DNA of 64,000 nt from Chlorokybus atmophyticus (lineage: Eukaryota; Plantae; Mesostigma and Chlorokybus algae), in the NCBI GenBank assembly GCA_009103225.1, contig RHPI01001616.1, positions 126,640-190,639 of the forward strand. The letters are read 5' to 3'. Below the pieces are notes generated by a model. That model searched no databases and was not told the DNA's origin. It was given only the letters and a program-made list of their open reading frames with translations. Below are positions 61,673 to 64,000 of the stretch, in pieces; the first letter of the stretch is position 1; every line of letters begins with the position of its first letter. The position numbers and the translations under genes were made by a program.

Positions 61673-62654
61673 CCTTGAAATACGTGCATGCAATAAGTAT
61701 GCATTACGATTTATGTAATACGCGCATATACGCGTATGCAATGGATTTTGGAGCCGTACGGTGCAACTATGGACTGCATGTGTCCAGTGAATGCGGTGTG
61801 CCTTGCATGCACAAAACCCGCCTTGCACCTTTTGCACACACTTTTTAATTGAAGCTCAACCTCAGTACATCGTCTGAGAGATCAGTCAGTATTGATGTAA
61901 GTGTATGCTAACTTTTGCCCTACCGCTTGCAAAATTAGCGCCAGCAGCAGCTTTAAGCTGCATATATGGTAACAAGTCTCATTTACCCTCAAGCTGTGCA
62001 CCAAATTTGGCAAGACCTCAATGGGAGTGAAAAACGCAAGGCATTGTAGGTGCACGTGGTCCACGTGGTGATGCCTATTTCGTATTGTCCACCGCACCAT
62101 GCAGCTGCATTGCATATAGTGTACTAGAGTGGGTGTTGGCATGGTTAGATAAAACGCGATATCCTCAGTTAAACTTAACCTTGGTTGTCCAATTGCTCCA
62201 TTTACTTGTACTTTAGGTTTATCTTGCATGTACTGCCATACCGCAGATGTAGGAAGGTTCGAGAATGTTGTACACGCCGCACACACTTTTTCCAAACAAT
62301 AAGCACGCACTGCATGGCATTAGCGGGGTACTTGCTACCTACGTAGGTAGCAGGGGAGTTTGCATTCACACATGGCCTTTCCGTTGGATGTTGCTTAATG
62401 CAAGTGCGTTAAATCCATTATTCCATTGTGGGCAGGGAAACATGCACATCAATCACTTGCCAACTTCACATTAACAGTGTTAAAGTTATGCCAAGCCATG
62501 GCATTGCCGCGCAATTAATATGGCGATGTACAAAAGAATATCGAGGCCATGAATTGCTGCATGCAGCACTGTGTTGTCGCGCAGTGTGACTGCTTTATGC
62601 TGTTAGGCGATGTTCAATCCTCATACACAAGTGTGTGGGGTAATTACAAGCATG

Positions 62655-63600
62655 AATAGCCATCTATGCAACCAAAAGAGCCATGGTGACAGCAGCTCCG
62701 CACTTGCTATAAATACGCTTGCAAGGGAGATTGTATTGCCTCCTGCTGGTTGCGATGGATGAAGCCCACGAACTTTGTGTTCAATCTAAATATGGTAATG
62801 CAGCAACGCGTTATACCGGCGATCATAATTGGTTATACAAAACGTCACTTACAAAATCAGTATGACAGCATATACCGTGTTGAATTGGATGTTATGCATA
62901 TTATATCATGTTGTGCTTTGTGCAGTATTTAACATGTCATAATAACATATATTGTTTGCTTTAAGACTCATAATACCAATGAATGGTCTTTGGGTATTCA
63001 CTACGCACGATATATGTTGCAACCACCTATGAGTGTATCCTATTGCGAAAGTGTGCTAACGTGAAGTGCTAGTGGTAAGACTGCGTTGCATGATGCAACT
63101 TGCAGGCAAGCTATGTTGCACGCTGTTATGGAGCCTCCGCAAGCGCGACTCTCAACTGAACACGCTCTTTGCATGCATATTCGCGCCAAGGCCTGCGCTG
63201 CGCGAGTCGCACGCACGCACCAAGGCCGTTGAACTGCACCGTCACAGGTCACTGACAACTTGTCACTGACAAGAACGCCTTTTTTGAGGCTTTATCCACC
63301 AGCACTAATTAGGGAGACGGTCACAATCGTAATGCTGGCAGACACGAGTGCCTGTGGTGACTCATGGTTAGCACCCCAAGCATCATCGGACATGTGACCG
63401 ATTTCCTTGAAGAAGTCGTCAGGGCTTTAACTGGCGACGACTGACATGCGACGTCAGTCACTACCATAACTGACACTTGACGGGAAATGTTATAGCTGTC
63501 AGGCCGCTGCCGGCCCTAACAGTTAACTTTTGCACCGCGTGCGACGTTCCCTAACCAGGAACCACGGACGGTGTTGTTATCTTTAACCGCCATGCTGGTA
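62655..63600 (+). pseudogene. Possible decayed RecQ/DExH helicase fragments
   Basis: RLQGRLYCLLLVAMDEAHEL (DEAH at 62758-62769) in a frame with stops, plus an AG/GT-bounded 75-nt exon-like segment LTFAPRATFPNQEPRTVLLSLTAML (63523-63597). Confidence 0.3.
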
Positions 63601-64000
63601 AGTAACGGCAACTGCCCGGCCTGCTTGCGCGTAACGGCGGTTGCAGGCAACTTGCAGCTTTCGTCACCCAGGGACAACGGTACCCGACATGCCGAGCATC
63701 GCATGACAATATGAAGGTACCGGCAGCTTTACGTAGAACGCTCATGAGCGCGACGATGCCAAGGGACACATGATGGGCAATGTTTGCATTAGCTCCGCTA
63801 TTAGCATTGAATGCAAAATGCTTACCCGGTACTTTGTATTGGCTTAGAGCAATTAACGTGAAACAGAGAGCCTCGGATTTCAACATGTAGAAAATTGCAT
63901 CGATTGATATAGGCTTTTATAATAGACGTGGTTATCTCGGCTGAGCTTTCATTGGGTGTGCTTGTTAATATTATATGTTTATTATATTATATTATACATG

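Noticed and set aside
61882-62310. 142-aa minus-strand ORF considered as a transposase fragment
   Set aside because: No convincing hAT, Harbinger or other DDE motif was found.

Overview
Eukaryotic, intron-rich nuclear DNA, most likely from a green alga. The gene set (PLGG1/LrgB, a NACK-type kinesin tail, a plant-type NT-C2 protein, plant-like MED27) and the AAACCCTAA teloboxes lean towards a streptophyte alga; this is inference. I reconstructed 12 spliced genes by hand: HVA22/TB2-DP1, an NT-C2 protein, a small basic protein, a Na+/solute symporter, a bL21-like protein, a J-domain protein, GAA1, a motor-less NACK/DUF3490 protein, a large RecQ-RdRP gene, a small single-pass membrane protein, PLGG1/LrgB and MED27. 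Most ORFs in the supplied track are artefacts of alternating purine-pyrimidine intron repeats or antisense shadows of exons. The main discovery is at about 35.7-48.2 kb (+). More than 45 exons can be joined in compatible phase into one protein of roughly 1,900-2,000 aa (hand estimate). Its order is RecQ helicase, Zn/RQC, PHD finger, MBD-like domain, then a cellular RNA-dependent RNA polymerase with a DFDGD catalytic loop. This would put both Neurospora QDE-3 (RecQ) and QDE-1 (RdRP) activities, plus chromatin readers, on one polypeptide. A decayed, inverted copy of its 5' end lies at about 0.5-2.6 kb. A family of short dispersed repeats, some in divergent inverted pairs, occupies intergenic DNA from 49 to 61 kb. 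All exon boundaries are hand-called from GT/GC-AG sites and reading-frame phase; no database searches were run.
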